This document shows, in pieces, positions 1 to 10,839 of a stretch of 38,701 bases of DNA; within the stretch, counting starts at the first letter, position 1, and each line of letters starts with the position of its first letter. This stretch comes from Candidatus Falkowbacteria bacterium (GTDB taxonomy: Bacteria > Patescibacteriota > Patescibacteriia > Patescibacteriales > UBA12465), in the NCBI GenBank assembly GCA_037134915.1, contig JBAXLJ010000004.1, forward strand, positions 1 to 38,701, given 5' to 3'. Position numbers and translations under genes: made by a program. The notes beneath the pieces were generated by a model. It ran no database searches and had not been told where the DNA came from. It saw nothing but the letters and a program-made list of their open reading frames with translations.

Positions 1-178
1 AAATTGTGGTTCCGATGGTTGTGGTGGCACCTGCGGAACTAATGCAGGTAGTTGTGCCGCTGGTCAAACTTGCAACACTTCCGGTGTCTGTGTGTCTACT
101 TGTATCCCTAGTTGTGCTGGAAAAAATTGTGGTTCCGATGGTTGTGGTGGCACCTGCGGAACTAATGCAGGTAGTTGT
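1..178 (+). repeat. Identical 55-bp intragenic direct repeat (1-55 and 124-178), period 123 bp / 41 aa
   Basis: AAATTGTGGTTCCGATGG...GCAGGTAGTTGT occurs twice exactly. Confidence 0.95.
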
Positions 179-802
179 ACCGGAAATGATACTTGTATTT
201 CGGGCGTTTGTCAGTGTGTCCCTAATTGTACGGGCAATGTTTGTGGCGGCGATGATGGCTGTAGCGGTAAGTGCACGGTAAATAATTTTGGATCCGATTC
301 TTGCGCGGCTCGTGGTTTCTATTCCGGCCAGCTATCTTGTGCTAATGCCACTATTAATTCAACTGCTTGTACTGGTAAATGTGGTGATGGGGTTATTGAC
401 ACTAGCTATGGTGAAGAATGCGATGGTACTAATTTAAATGGCAAGGATTGTTCAAATATGAATCCAAACTTTGGTATTTACGGCTTGTCTTGTAGCTCGG
501 CTTGTAAATTTGTCACTAGTGGTTGCTATTATAAAGCCTGTCACCTTCAAAGTACTTGCGTTAATGGTTACACTTGTAAACCGTCTACGGGCCCAATCAA
601 TTATTATTGTACCGGTTGGGAGGGGTCCCATAGTTGTACTTCTCCGGTCAGCGGGGTTAATTGTTATAATATTCCAGTTACCGATTATTATTATTCTTCT
701 TGTCAGACCGCTTGTAACAAGTTAAAAGCGGTAACTATTAATGGCGTTGCTAACTCTGGTTATTGCACCTGGAGTATACAAAATGGTTTATGTCAGCCAT
801 AG
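2..802 (+). CDS. Cysteine-rich repeat surface/secreted protein, 5'-truncated by the window edge
   Basis: Frame is open from base 2 (NCGSDGCGGTCG...). Contains repeated CGSDGCGGTCG units and a CGDGVID..EECDG motif of the Myxococcus-type Cys-rich repeat class. Confidence 0.75.
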   Translation, partial: NCGSDGCGGTCGTNAGSCAAGQTCNTSGVCVSTCIPSCAGKNCGSDGCGGTCGTNAGSCTGNDTCISGVCQCVPNCTGNVCGGDDGCSGKCTVNNFGSDSCAARGFYSGQLSCANATINSTACTGKCGDGVIDTSYGEECDGTNLNGKDCSNMNPNFGIYGLSCSSACKFVTSGCYYKACHLQSTCVNGYTCKPSTGPINYYCTGWEGSHSCTSPVSGVNCYNIPVTDYYYSSCQTACNKLKAVTINGVANSGYCTWSIQNGLCQP

Positions 803-846
803 GTTGGTATAAATTAGTCGTCAAAAATTTAAATTAATTTTTTTAT

Positions 847-1104
847 ATGATACAATTAGACAATAAGAAGAAAGGTATAATTTTAGCGTTGATTATCCTG
901 TTAATCATCACTGTATTTTTCTTTTTCTGGGGAATTAGAAAAAATATCAGTAATAATTTACCCCTGGGCGGCCAAAAAAATACTTTTCAGCCCCGAGCCA
1001 TGACAGAATCAGAAAAAATTACTAAAGTTGGAATTGACCCCTCGCAAAAGGCTGAGGTGGTAAATGATCAAAATGGTTTATATATTTATCGTATTAAAAA
1101 GTAG
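847..1104 (+). CDS. Small single-TM hypothetical protein
   Basis: 85-aa ORF with N-terminal hydrophobic helix, co-directional with neighbours. Confidence 0.7.
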   Translation: MIQLDNKKKGIILALIILLIITVFFFFWGIRKNISNNLPLGGQKNTFQPRAMTESEKITKVGIDPSQKAEVVNDQNGLYIYRIKK

Positions 1105-1131
1105 GAGATAAAAAATTAAAATATTGATTTT

Positions 1132-1974
1132 ATGTTTAATGATTTAAATTCAACAGGTAATAATAATTCTCAGGCACCGGTTGATGATATTTTTGCCGAA
1201 ACTGATAAAACCGCTGAAGCTAAAAAGTTTTCTGGTTATTATTCAAGTGCCACCGTTAAGCCTGTTGCGGCTAGCTCAGCTGATATTGAAACTCAAAAAG
1301 CTGGTTTATCAAGCGCTGAAGAAATGCCCTCTAACAAAGGCAATCTTTTAAAAATTATTTTAGTTATTCTACTAGTGTTTTTATTGCTTGGTTTAGGCTA
1401 CTTGGTCTATGCTAAGTTTTTAGCCGGAAAGACAGCGAGCCAGAATTTAAATCAAGAACCGGTCAGTGCTAATAAAGGGTTGGCCACTGCTACTAATCCT
1501 GTAAAAACAGTCAGTAATTCGGGTAATGCTTTTGGCCAGGATTTATTGGCCACGCCAGTAGCGACACAGACCGTTCCGGTAAGTGAAGAGGTGACAAATG
1601 TGCCTTCGGTTCCACTTGGGACAACAACGCCACCGATTTCTTTAGTAGATACTGACGGTGATGGTTTAGCTGATCAGGAAGAGGCTGTTTTAGGAACCGA
1701 CCCTAACCTTAAAGATACAGATGGCGATGGTTTATCTGATTATGAAGAAGTAAAAATTTATAATACCGATCCTAAAAAATCGGACACGGACGGTGATGGT
1801 TTATCTGATTATGAAGAAGTAAAAATATATCATACCGATCCACTTAAAACTGACACCGATGGTGATGGTTATTCAGATGGAGCTGAAGTTAAAAGCGGTT
1901 ATAATCCGTTGGGCGCTGGTAAGATGAGTGATGCTCAAAAAAATACAGCCACTTCAACAGTTCCAGGTCTATAA
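1132..1974 (+). CDS. Membrane-anchored protein with Ca-binding thrombospondin type 3-like (DTDGDGLSD) repeats
   Basis: One TM helix, a Thr/Pro-rich linker and four DxDGDG(L/Y)xD repeats. A 32-bp exact DNA repeat lies at 1726-1757 and 1795-1826. Confidence 0.8.
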   Translation: MFNDLNSTGNNNSQAPVDDIFAETDKTAEAKKFSGYYSSATVKPVAASSADIETQKAGLSSAEEMPSNKGNLLKIILVILLVFLLLGLGYLVYAKFLAGKTASQNLNQEPVSANKGLATATNPVKTVSNSGNAFGQDLLATPVATQTVPVSEEVTNVPSVPLGTTTPPISLVDTDGDGLADQEEAVLGTDPNLKDTDGDGLSDYEEVKIYNTDPKKSDTDGDGLSDYEEVKIYHTDPLKTDTDGDGYSDGAEVKSGYNPLGAGKMSDAQKNTATSTVPGL

Positions 1975-1977
1975 AAT

Positions 1978-2181
1978 ATGAATAATATTGATTCGATAAA
2001 TAAGTTTAAAGGAAAATCGTCCGGTCTTTTTTCTCAGAAAAAACCAGAAAAAAAAGTTTCCTTAAGTCTTCATATCATGCCGCGAGGCCATGAATCTAAG
2101 GATGTCCGTGTTTTTAGTTGGCTTATCGCTGGCTTGTTAATTGTTTCTAGTTTGATTATTTTTTTAATGATGTATGTTTAA
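1978..2181 (+). CDS. Small membrane hypothetical protein
   Basis: 67 aa with a C-terminal TM helix; tightly packed between neighbours. Confidence 0.6.
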   Translation: MNNIDSINKFKGKSSGLFSQKKPEKKVSLSLHIMPRGHESKDVRVFSWLIAGLLIVSSLIIFLMMYV

Positions 2182-3187
2182 AGGTTTGCAAAAGACCAGC
2201 GCTAAATCAGGTGATGTTAAAAAAATTGAAGACAAAGTCAGTTCTGATTTTGTGACCCACAACATGCCAGAACCAAATCGTTTTTCTGGGCAGACTTTTG
2301 CTGATCCCGCTTCAAGAAATTCTAAAAAGACCGGTAACCTTAAAAATGTTGAAAGTCACCATAAAGTTGGCTTGGTAATTATTGGCGCTGGTTTAATTTT
2401 AATTGGATCTCTTCTTTACTTTGGTTATGTTTATTTGATAAAACCATACGTTAAGCCTAATGAACCCAATGTTGTCAGTCAGCCGGCAAAGTCTAACGTA
2501 GCCACCACCTCTCAACCCGACGAGCCCATAGTCCCAGTAATAATTGCTACTAGTAGTCCGATAGTTAGTACCTCTACTACCGTTGAGGCGACTTCAACCA
2601 GTTTAATGCCTGAAGAAACACCGGTAGTAATTCCTCCGATGGTGGTTTCAACTGTTGATTCGGACGCTGATGGTTTAACTGATGCTGAAGAAAAGATAAT
2701 CGGGACTGATCCTAATAAAGCTGATACCGATAATGACGGTTATTTAGATTTAGCTGAACTTAAAAGCGGTTATGACCCCCTGGTTCCTGGTAAAAAAAGC
2801 TCCGAAACCTCAACTATGCTAAATTATCAAATCGACCCCAAAACCTCAGTTATTTACCCTGCTACCTGGGATGTCACTAAAAGCGACACCAATCAAGCCG
2901 TAGTCTTTGCTGATTCAGATAAGGCCTTTATTCAAGTGACTTACCAAGCTAATCCGGGCAAGACAACTCCTCAAGCTTGGCTGGCCGGGCAGCCGACTAA
3001 TTTAAAAATTGGCGAGATGGTAAATGGACAAAATTGGCAGGGCTTTTATTCGGCCGACGGTTTGTCCGCCTATATATTTAATAAAGATCTGTCGAAAATT
3101 TATAGTTTTTCTTGCTCGCCCCTAACATCAGACACTGGTAGTGTCACCGTCTTTCATTTGATGATTAAAACCCTAACGATAAAGTAA
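2174..3187 (+). CDS. Membrane-anchored TSP3-like repeat protein
   Basis: TM helix, S/T/P linker, DSDADGLTD and DTDNDGYLD repeats, and a C-terminal globular domain. Confidence 0.75.
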   Translation: MFKGLQKTSAKSGDVKKIEDKVSSDFVTHNMPEPNRFSGQTFADPASRNSKKTGNLKNVESHHKVGLVIIGAGLILIGSLLYFGYVYLIKPYVKPNEPNVVSQPAKSNVATTSQPDEPIVPVIIATSSPIVSTSTTVEATSTSLMPEETPVVIPPMVVSTVDSDADGLTDAEEKIIGTDPNKADTDNDGYLDLAELKSGYDPLVPGKKSSETSTMLNYQIDPKTSVIYPATWDVTKSDTNQAVVFADSDKAFIQVTYQANPGKTTPQAWLAGQPTNLKIGEMVNGQNWQGFYSADGLSAYIFNKDLSKIYSFSCSPLTSDTGSVTVFHLMIKTLTIK

Positions 3188-3194
3188 CCCTATT

Positions 3195-3228
3195 AAAAAA
3201 GACTCCAGAGTGTTTAGGAGTCTTTTTT
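3195..3228. terminator. Bidirectional intrinsic terminator
   Basis: AAAAAAGACTCC-loop-GGAGTCTTTTTT between convergent genes. Confidence 0.85.
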
Positions 3229-3233
3229 GTTTT

Positions 3234-3815
3234 TTATTGATTCTTTAAAACCGTATCAATTAAACCATATTTTTTAGCTTCTTCAGCTGACATCCAGTTA
3301 TCTCGATCACTGTCGTGCTCCACTTTGTCCGCTTTTTGCCCGGTGTGTAAGGCGAGAATTTTATTTAGTTTTTCTTTAGTTTTTAATATATGTTCGGCTT
3401 GGATTTTAATATCTGAAGCCTGACCCTCGGCGCCGCCCATTACTTGATGAATCATTACTTCGCTGTTAGGTAGGGCCATTCTTTTGCCTTTAGCTCCAGC
3501 TGAAAGAAGTAGCGAGGCCATTGAAGCCGCAGTGCCGACACAAATAGTAGCCACGTCAGCTTTGATGTATTGCATTGTGTCGTAAATAGCTAAGCCAGCA
3601 GCGACAGATCCGCCCGGAGAGTTGATGTAGAATTTTATATCTTTAGTTTTGTCTTCGGCATCTAAAAATAGTAATTGGGCAATGATTATATTGGCGACAT
3701 GGTCATCAATAGCTTCGCCTAAAAAAATTATTCGATCTTTAAGTAAACGAGAATAAATATCATAGGCTCTCTCCATTTGACCCTCTTTTTCAATGACAGT
3801 CGGAATTAACGGCAT
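3234..3815 (-). CDS. clpP: ATP-dependent Clp protease proteolytic subunit
   Basis: [28 protein letters not shown] (catalytic Ser), MIHQ and DRD motifs. Confidence 0.98.
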   Translation of the reverse strand: MPLIPTVIEKEGQMERAYDIYSRLLKDRIIFLGEAIDDHVANIIIAQLLFLDAEDKTKDIKFYINSPGGSVAAGLAIYDTMQYIKADVATICVGTAASMASLLLSAGAKGKRMALPNSEVMIHQVMGGAEGQASDIKIQAEHILKTKEKLNKILALHTGQKADKVEHDSDRDNWMSAEEAKKYGLIDTVLKNQ

Positions 3816-4030
3816 ATTTTTTGATTATAAGGTAAATTTTAACAGTTTTCCTTATTTATTATTATAATAACTCTAATCAATTATAGTTAAAAGCGACGAT
3901 TTTGTAAAGATACCGGGCAAACGCCTTTTTAAATAAGTTTTTCCCCATTGATTTTTTATGGAGTTTATTCTAAGATTTAAAAGCAAAACGCTGTAATTTT
4001 TTCGTTTCGCTTTTTAATTTATAAACTTAT

Positions 4031-5626
4031 ATGCAAAAGCAGTCAAAAAGCTTGTTTTCTTCAAAAAGGGCTCGTTTACGTTTTACTCTATTTTTAATTT
4101 TAATTTTTGCGATCGTTTCCTTTTTAGGCAGCGCTGGTAATTATTACAATCGTTTTTCTAGTACTTTGGCTAAGGCAACTCATAATGTGGTTATTCTGCC
4201 GCCAACCAAGGAGATTCCTTTTGTTTTAGGGCTTGATTTACAAGGAGGTACTCAGCTGACTTATGAAGCTAACGTAAATAATATCCCCGAAGCCGACCGA
4301 GCCTCTTCTTTAGAGGGTGTTCGCGACGTTATCGAGCGCCGGGTTAACTCTACTGGTGTTAGTGAGCCAGTAATCCAAGTTAATCGCAGTATCTCTGGTG
4401 ATTATCGAGTCATTGTGGAACTCGCTGGCATTAAGAATGTAAATGATGCTATTAAGATGATTGGTGAAACTCCGCTTTTAGAATTTAAAGAAACTACGGT
4501 TGTACCGGCGGATAATATTAAAATAACAACTCCGACAATTACTAGTTCCGGAACATCAAGCGTGGCGGCAATCGTGGCTACGAGTACAGTTCCAGAAGCA
4601 CAATTAGCTTGGAAAAATACAGAATTAACCGGAAAAAATTTAAAGAGTGCCACTTTAAAGTTTAATCCTAATGATGGTACTCCAGAGGTGGCTTTAAAAT
4701 TCGATACTGAGGGCTCAAAAATGTTTGAAGATATTACTGGTCGCAATGTCAATAAACAGGTAGCGATTGTTTTGGATGGTTACACAATTAGCGCGCCAAC
4801 TGTCAGTCAGAAAATTTCTGGTGGAGAAGCGGTTATTTCTGGTAAATTTACTGTGACCGAAGCTAAGCTTTTAGTCCAAAGACTTAATACCGGCGCTTTA
4901 CCTGTGCCGATTAATTTAATTGGTCAGCAGACTGTTGAGGCTAGTCTTGGTCAGCAGTCGATTGATAACAGTTTTAAAGCCGGTATCGTTGGTTTCTTGC
5001 TGGTTGCTTTATTTATGATTCTTTATTACCGCTTCCCAGGCTTAATTTCGGTTGTCTGTCTAGGAATCTATGTCCTAGCAGTTTTGGCTATCTTCAAAAT
5101 CATGCCTTGGTGGATGACGGTAGTTTTCTTGTTATCATTATTTACTCTGTTCCTGTCAGTCTTTAGGGAACTAAAAATCTTCGACGGCTTTTTATCGGTG
5201 GCCATGTTCTTAATTGTTTTTGTCTTCTTGGGTTATTATGCTCATGCTTCGGTAACTTTAACTTTAGCTGGCATTACTGGTTTTATTCTGTCTATCGGTA
5301 TGGCAGTTGATGCCAACATTTTGATTTTCGAGCGTATGAAAGAGGAACTTCTAAATGGTAAGCCACTGGATATTGCCATCGATGAAGGCTTTAAGCGTGC
5401 TTGGCCGTCAATTCGTGATGGCAACACCACTACAATTCTCGCCTGTTTTGTTTTAATGAGTTTTGGAACGGGTTTAGTTAAGGGTTTTGGAGCCACCTTA
5501 TTCCTAGGTGTTTCTATTTCAATGTTAAGTAGCATTGTTATTACTAGCAGTTTAATGAGAATATTTGTTGGTAAATTTTTAGCTCGTCATCCTTGGTGGT
5601 TGGGTGTTAAAAAAATTAATAACTAA
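4031..5626 (+). CDS. secD: Protein translocase subunit SecD
   Basis: LGLDLQGG, GVSEP, GALP and IGMAVDANILIFER motifs. Confidence 0.97.
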   Translation: MQKQSKSLFSSKRARLRFTLFLILIFAIVSFLGSAGNYYNRFSSTLAKATHNVVILPPTKEIPFVLGLDLQGGTQLTYEANVNNIPEADRASSLEGVRDVIERRVNSTGVSEPVIQVNRSISGDYRVIVELAGIKNVNDAIKMIGETPLLEFKETTVVPADNIKITTPTITSSGTSSVAAIVATSTVPEAQLAWKNTELTGKNLKSATLKFNPNDGTPEVALKFDTEGSKMFEDITGRNVNKQVAIVLDGYTISAPTVSQKISGGEAVISGKFTVTEAKLLVQRLNTGALPVPINLIGQQTVEASLGQQSIDNSFKAGIVGFLLVALFMILYYRFPGLISVVCLGIYVLAVLAIFKIMPWWMTVVFLLSLFTLFLSVFRELKIFDGFLSVAMFLIVFVFLGYYAHASVTLTLAGITGFILSIGMAVDANILIFERMKEELLNGKPLDIAIDEGFKRAWPSIRDGNTTTILACFVLMSFGTGLVKGFGATLFLGVSISMLSSIVITSSLMRIFVGKFLARHPWWLGVKKINN

Positions 5627-5649
5627 GCATCATATATTATTCTAACTTT

Positions 5650-6555
5650 ATGGTTAATTATAAAATTATTAAATATCGTAAGTTGTGGTTGTTAATTTCA
5701 GCGGGTATGGTGGTTGTTTCCATCGCCGCCTTGCTTATTTGGGGATTAAGAGCGGGCTTAGATTTTACCGGCGGTAGTCTACTAGAGATTAAATTTGCCG
5801 GCGGGCAACCAACTGTTACCGAAATTCAAAATAGTCTAAATGGGATTGGCGTTAGTAGTTTAGTAGTTCAGCCAACTGGCAGCGATTCAATTATTTTGCG
5901 TTTTCAGGAAACCTCTCAAGATAAGCATTTAGCGGTTGTTGAAGCTTTAAAAAAGATGGAGGTGGCCAAGAGTGGCCTTACCGAAATTCGTTTTGAGTCA
6001 ATCGGGGCTTCGGTCGGCGCTGAGTTGCGTAGTAAATCATTTTGGGTGATGTTTTTAGTTCTAATGGTTATTATTCTTTATATTTCCGTGGCTTTTAGTA
6101 AGGTTTCTAAACCAGTGGCTTCGTGGAAATATGGTTTAATCGCGGTTGTGGCTTTGTTTCACGATATTATAATTACTGCCGGTATCTTCGCTATCTTGGG
6201 TCATTACTTTGCGGTTGAAGTTAATACCCCGTTTGTCGTCGCTTTACTAACAGTTTTAGGTTACAGTGTTCACGACACTATCGTGGTGTTTGACCGAACT
6301 AGAGAGAACCTACCTAAGAGTCATGATAGTTTTGCGGAAACCGTTAGTCATAGTTTAAATCAAACTTTTGTGAGATCAGTTAATACTGTTATTACCGTGC
6401 TTTTATCTTTACTGGCCGTTCTGGTTTTTGGCGGGTCATCAATTCGTGATTTTGTTTTGGCTCTAATGGTTGGTATTTTCTGTGGAGCTTATAGTTCCTT
6501 ATTCGTCGCTAGTCCGTTATTGGTTTATTTTGAACAGTGGCAGAGAAGGAAATAA
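5650..6555 (+). CDS. secF: Protein translocase subunit SecF
   Basis: GLDFTGG and LGYSVHDTIVVFDR motifs; follows secD. Confidence 0.97.
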   Translation: MVNYKIIKYRKLWLLISAGMVVVSIAALLIWGLRAGLDFTGGSLLEIKFAGGQPTVTEIQNSLNGIGVSSLVVQPTGSDSIILRFQETSQDKHLAVVEALKKMEVAKSGLTEIRFESIGASVGAELRSKSFWVMFLVLMVIILYISVAFSKVSKPVASWKYGLIAVVALFHDIIITAGIFAILGHYFAVEVNTPFVVALLTVLGYSVHDTIVVFDRTRENLPKSHDSFAETVSHSLNQTFVRSVNTVITVLLSLLAVLVFGGSSIRDFVLALMVGIFCGAYSSLFVASPLLVYFEQWQRRK

Positions 6556-6573
6556 TTTAAATTAGAAGTATTT

Positions 6574-6606
6574 AAAAAGGGCTCCGTTTAAATAGGAGCC
6601 CTTTTT
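6574..6606 (+). terminator. Intrinsic terminator of secDF
   Basis: AAAAAGGGCTCC/GGAGCCCTTTTT hairpin. Confidence 0.85.
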
Positions 6607-6627
6607 GATTTATGATATAATTTTATT

Positions 6628-8580
6628 ATGAAAAAATTTATTATTAATTCGGGGGCGAGTTGGTTATCGGAACTAGCGGTTCTAATTATCATTGGTCTGA
6701 CGCCGGTATTTTTTAATTATTTTTCTCCAACTAATATTGATTTAAACAAATTAGTTATTTTTAAAGTTTTTACCTTGCTTTTATTATTCGCTACGGTTTG
6801 GCGTTTCTCAGAATTTAAATTAAACAGAATTCAAAATCTTTGGTTTCGTTTGCTACCATTTTTAATTTTATTTGGTTTTTTGGTCCTTAGCTTAGTTTTT
6901 TCGACGGATTTAGTTAGCTCTTGGTTTGGTTCTTATGACCGGCACGAAGGCCTGGTCTCTTGGCTCTTTTATGGTTTGTGGGCTATTCTAATCGCTTTGC
7001 ATCTGGAGTCTGGTTCAGAGACTGAAAAAAATCAAAAAATTCGCCGTCTACTTGCGGTGGCCTCCGGTTCTAGTTTTTTAGTTTCAGTTTATGCTATTTT
7101 ACAGGTTTTTGGTTGGGATTTTATGACTTGGTCGGAATCACCGGCATTTACTGGACGGGCGGTTTCTTTCCTGGGTCAGCCTAACTATTTAGCTTGTTGG
7201 CTAATAATTGTTTTGCCACTGAGCGCCTACTTGTTTCAGACGGCTAAGAATAATTTAGGTCGTTTCATTTGGGGCGTATCTTTTATAGTTGGTTTAGGGG
7301 GCTTATTGGCCACGGGTAGTCGAGCGGCTTTTCTGGTTTTTTTGATAGTTTCAATTTTATGGAGTTTGTGGTTTTTAGCTAGTCAGAAAATATTATCGCA
7401 ACGTAAAATTGCGCTAATCTTCTTATCGGGCTTAACGGCAGTGGTTTTGTTCGGAATCTTCCTGGCTTTTAGTAATCATAGTCGTTTTGAAGAGTTTACG
7501 GATATAAAAAAGGGCAGCGCCTATGTCCGTTTAGAATTATGGCAGAGCGGCTTTCAGGCCTATCTTAAAAAACCATTTTTAGGTTATGGCCTGGAAAATC
7601 AAACCGAAGCCTATGCGCCTTATTATAAGATTGACTGGGCGATTTATGCCCGTCCTAATACTTATTCTGATAGGGCACATAACTTAATTCTAGATACTTT
7701 GTTAACTGGCGGCCTATTTGGGTTAATGGTTTTGGTCTACTTTTTATGGTGGGTTTATAACAATTTATTCAAGGCTTTAAGAAATAAAGAAAATTCAAAA
7801 TTAGCCGCTTTTTTGATTTGGTCATTGTCCGCATACTTAATTTCTTTGTTGTTTAATTTTTCAGTTACCGTGACTAATATTTATTTCTGGTTAATTGTTG
7901 GCTTGTCTCTAGCTACTAGCGGCGGATCGCTAGTTACGTGGTCAGATAAAAAAAATTCTGAACTGGCTCGTTTAATAATTATTATTAGCACCGCTGCTTT
8001 ATTCTTTTATGGCGCGGTATCGGAAATAAATCGTTTGACGGCAGATTATTATTTTAATCAGGCTTTAGAGGCTACGACAAAATCAGAATATTTTACTGCC
8101 CTGGTTTTGAATGATTATTTGGATAAAACTCATCCCGATTTAGTCTCAAAATCTTTTTATAGTCAAGGTTTATCTTTGAGATTGCTGGAAAGCTTGCCGA
8201 GTATTCAAGACAAATCTAGCATTTTTGCGATTAATAAGTATTTAAAAAGTAACCAGCAGATAATTACTGGTAATAATTTTGAGAGTCGTTTTGTTAGGGC
8301 TTTTATTTTGGGAATTATTGGTCCACGCCGAGAATCGGACGCCCTATTTAAAAGTCTGGCCTCTCTGAGTCCGGAAATGCCTAAAATATATTTGGCCTGG
8401 GGCGACACCTTATTTTTTAATCAAGATTATTTAGGGGCTAAAATAAAATTTAGCAAAGCTCTAAGTTTATTACCAGATATTAATAATAAATATTTGAATA
8501 ATCAGCAACGCTATTTTTTAAATATTTATCTAAATCAAATAAACACTCGTCTTATCAAAACTGAGTCACTTATTAAATAA
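6628..8580 (+). CDS. O-antigen ligase (Wzy_C) family membrane protein with TPR-like C-terminus
   Basis: Many TM helices; GQPNYLA, TGSRAA, RLELW, GYGLEN and RAHN motifs. Confidence 0.85.
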   Translation: MKKFIINSGASWLSELAVLIIIGLTPVFFNYFSPTNIDLNKLVIFKVFTLLLLFATVWRFSEFKLNRIQNLWFRLLPFLILFGFLVLSLVFSTDLVSSWFGSYDRHEGLVSWLFYGLWAILIALHLESGSETEKNQKIRRLLAVASGSSFLVSVYAILQVFGWDFMTWSESPAFTGRAVSFLGQPNYLACWLIIVLPLSAYLFQTAKNNLGRFIWGVSFIVGLGGLLATGSRAAFLVFLIVSILWSLWFLASQKILSQRKIALIFLSGLTAVVLFGIFLAFSNHSRFEEFTDIKKGSAYVRLELWQSGFQAYLKKPFLGYGLENQTEAYAPYYKIDWAIYARPNTYSDRAHNLILDTLLTGGLFGLMVLVYFLWWVYNNLFKALRNKENSKLAAFLIWSLSAYLISLLFNFSVTVTNIYFWLIVGLSLATSGGSLVTWSDKKNSELARLIIIISTAALFFYGAVSEINRLTADYYFNQALEATTKSEYFTALVLNDYLDKTHPDLVSKSFYSQGLSLRLLESLPSIQDKSSIFAINKYLKSNQQIITGNNFESRFVRAFILGIIGPRRESDALFKSLASLSPEMPKIYLAWGDTLFFNQDYLGAKIKFSKALSLLPDINNKYLNNQQRYFLNIYLNQINTRLIKTESLIK

Positions 8581-8584
8581 TTAT

Positions 8585-9364
8585 ATGAATGAATATTTAC
8601 TTTTAGGGCCGCTTTTTTCTCTTATTTTTGGACTTTTAATCGGCAGCTTTCTTAACTGTTTGGCTTGGCGATTATATAAGGAAGAGACTATTTTTGGTCG
8701 CTCCCATTGCCCTAAATGTTTAAAACAGATTGAATGGTACGATAACATTCCGCTCTTAAGTTTTATTAGATTAAAAGGCAAGTGTCGTCACTGTTTTCAA
8801 AAAATATCTTGGCAATATCCTTTAGTCGAATTGGCGACAGGGTTATTATTTTATTTTGCTTTTTTAAATTTTGGCGCCTCACCTCTGATGCTACTAAAAA
8901 TTTTTATAGCCATTGCCGTCTTAATTTTAGTTTTTATTTTTGATTTTCGTTGGTACTTAATTCCGGTTTCCGCCTTGATTTGGAGCGGTCTTGTAATTAT
9001 TGTCTTAGGGGCTTTAGTTTACCCTTACAATATTGGCTATTATATTTTTTCTTTAGTGGTGGCGATGGCTCTTGCCGCTTTGTTTTTTGGGGCTCAATAT
9101 CTAATTACTAAGGGGCGGGGTTTAGGTGAAGGCGATATCTGGTTGGGCTTGTTTTTAGGCGCCCTATTTCCTAATTTAAGGGGTCTCTTGGTGGCTATTT
9201 TAGGAGCTTATTTTATTGGTTCCTTGGTCGGCATATTCTTTATGATAAGTAAACAAAAAAAGTGGGGCAGTAAATTACCTTTGGGAGTTTTTTTGACTAT
9301 TGGGGCGCTAATTTCTATATTTTGGGGACAAGGGATTGCGGCCTGGTACTTAGGGCTTTTTTAG
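8585..9364 (+). CDS. pilD: Prepilin peptidase (A24)
   Basis: GSFLN, RSHCPKC...GKCRHC zinc motif, YPLVE and GEGD catalytic Asp. Confidence 0.93.
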   Translation: MNEYLLLGPLFSLIFGLLIGSFLNCLAWRLYKEETIFGRSHCPKCLKQIEWYDNIPLLSFIRLKGKCRHCFQKISWQYPLVELATGLLFYFAFLNFGASPLMLLKIFIAIAVLILVFIFDFRWYLIPVSALIWSGLVIIVLGALVYPYNIGYYIFSLVVAMALAALFFGAQYLITKGRGLGEGDIWLGLFLGALFPNLRGLLVAILGAYFIGSLVGIFFMISKQKKWGSKLPLGVFLTIGALISIFWGQGIAAWYLGLF

Positions 9365-9502
9365 TTTTAAAATTGGTTGCCCAAAAAATCAAAATCTAGT
9401 ATAATAAACTTGAACAAGTAATACTTTTTTTGGCTAGGCGGATATTGCTAAAATTCGTTTTTTTCTAGGTTTTGTAGCTTAGCTTACATTTATAAATTAT
9501 TT

Positions 9503-10759
9503 ATGAGAGACGAAATCATTGCTGGTTTAGATGTTGGTTCAACGGCTATTCGTTTAGTAATTGGCCAAAAAATAGAAACTCCATCGGGAGATGAGCTGCA
9601 AATTATTGGCGCGGTTTCTTCGCCGACAGCGGGAGTTAATAAGGGGGTGGTGACCAGCATTGAAGAAACAACTTCTTCAATTTCGGCTTGTCTTGAAAAA
9701 GCGGAACGTTTAATTGGTGTACCCATTACTAATGTCTGGGTAAGTATTAATGATCCTCATGTTAAATGCGAACGTAGCAAAGGAGTAGTTGCTGTTTCTA
9801 AAAGTGACGGCGAGATTAATGAAGCGGATGTTAATCGGGCAATTGAAGCGGCTCGAGCTTTAGCGGTTCCGGTCAATTATGAGATTTTGCATGTTATTCC
9901 GGTTAAGTTTTCCGTTGACAATCAAACCGATATTAAAGATCCAATTGGCATGAGTGGTATTCGTTTAGAAGTGGAAACCTTGATTATTCAGGGGCTATCC
10001 ACCCAAATTAAAAATTTAACTAAGGCTATATATCGCACGGGGCTAGAAATCGAAGATTTAGTTTTGGCGCCACTAGCAGCCGCTGAATCAGTCTTAACGC
10101 CAAAACAGAAAGAGTTGGGTGTAGCTTTAATTAATATCGGCTCAGCGACCACTTCACTGGCGGTTTATGAGGAAAGAAATTTGCTACACACGGCTATTTT
10201 GCCGATTGGTTCGGAGCATATTACGGCAGACATTGCGATTGGTCTTCGTTGCCCAATTAATTTGGCTGAGAGAATTAAACGAGAGTTTGGCAATTGTAAT
10301 CCGTCTGAAGTTGATCGGGAAGAAGAAGTTGACGTGCGAGAATTAGTTAAAGAAGAAGATGTTAATGATGATATTGAAACGGTTTCGTCTCATTACGTAG
10401 CGGAAATAATTGAAGCTCGAGTAGAAGAAATTTTAGATAAAATAGATAGTGAATTTAAAAAGATTGATCGTTCTGGTATGCTTCCAGCGGGTATCGTTTT
10501 TGTCGGTAGTGGCGCCGAACTCAGTGGCTTAGTGGATTTAACGAAGCGCAAATTAAGGTTGCCGGCTTGTATTGGTATGTCTCGCAATGTTAGTGTAGTC
10601 ATTGATAAGGTTAAGACTCCGGAATTTTTAACCTCCCTGGGCCTAGTTATTTGGGGAAACCATAACAGCGCTGAGAGCAACAATAATAATTTACGAAAGA
10701 ATTTGGAAGGAGCCTTTGGAAAAGCAAGAAATTTTTTTCAAAGAATTATTCCAAAATAA
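9503..10759 (+). CDS. ftsA: Cell division protein FtsA
   Basis: GLDVGS actin-like motif and DPIGMSGIRLE; immediately upstream of ftsZ. Confidence 0.97.
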   Translation: MRDEIIAGLDVGSTAIRLVIGQKIETPSGDELQIIGAVSSPTAGVNKGVVTSIEETTSSISACLEKAERLIGVPITNVWVSINDPHVKCERSKGVVAVSKSDGEINEADVNRAIEAARALAVPVNYEILHVIPVKFSVDNQTDIKDPIGMSGIRLEVETLIIQGLSTQIKNLTKAIYRTGLEIEDLVLAPLAAAESVLTPKQKELGVALINIGSATTSLAVYEERNLLHTAILPIGSEHITADIAIGLRCPINLAERIKREFGNCNPSEVDREEEVDVRELVKEEDVNDDIETVSSHYVAEIIEARVEEILDKIDSEFKKIDRSGMLPAGIVFVGSGAELSGLVDLTKRKLRLPACIGMSRNVSVVIDKVKTPEFLTSLGLVIWGNHNSAESNNNNLRKNLEGAFGKARNFFQRIIPK

Positions 10760-10839
10760 TAAATATTAAAATACGAAGGATGAGGCGTTTGGCGGGTAAA
10801 ATGATAATTCAACGCTTTTAATTTTTTGTGAAAAGTTAT

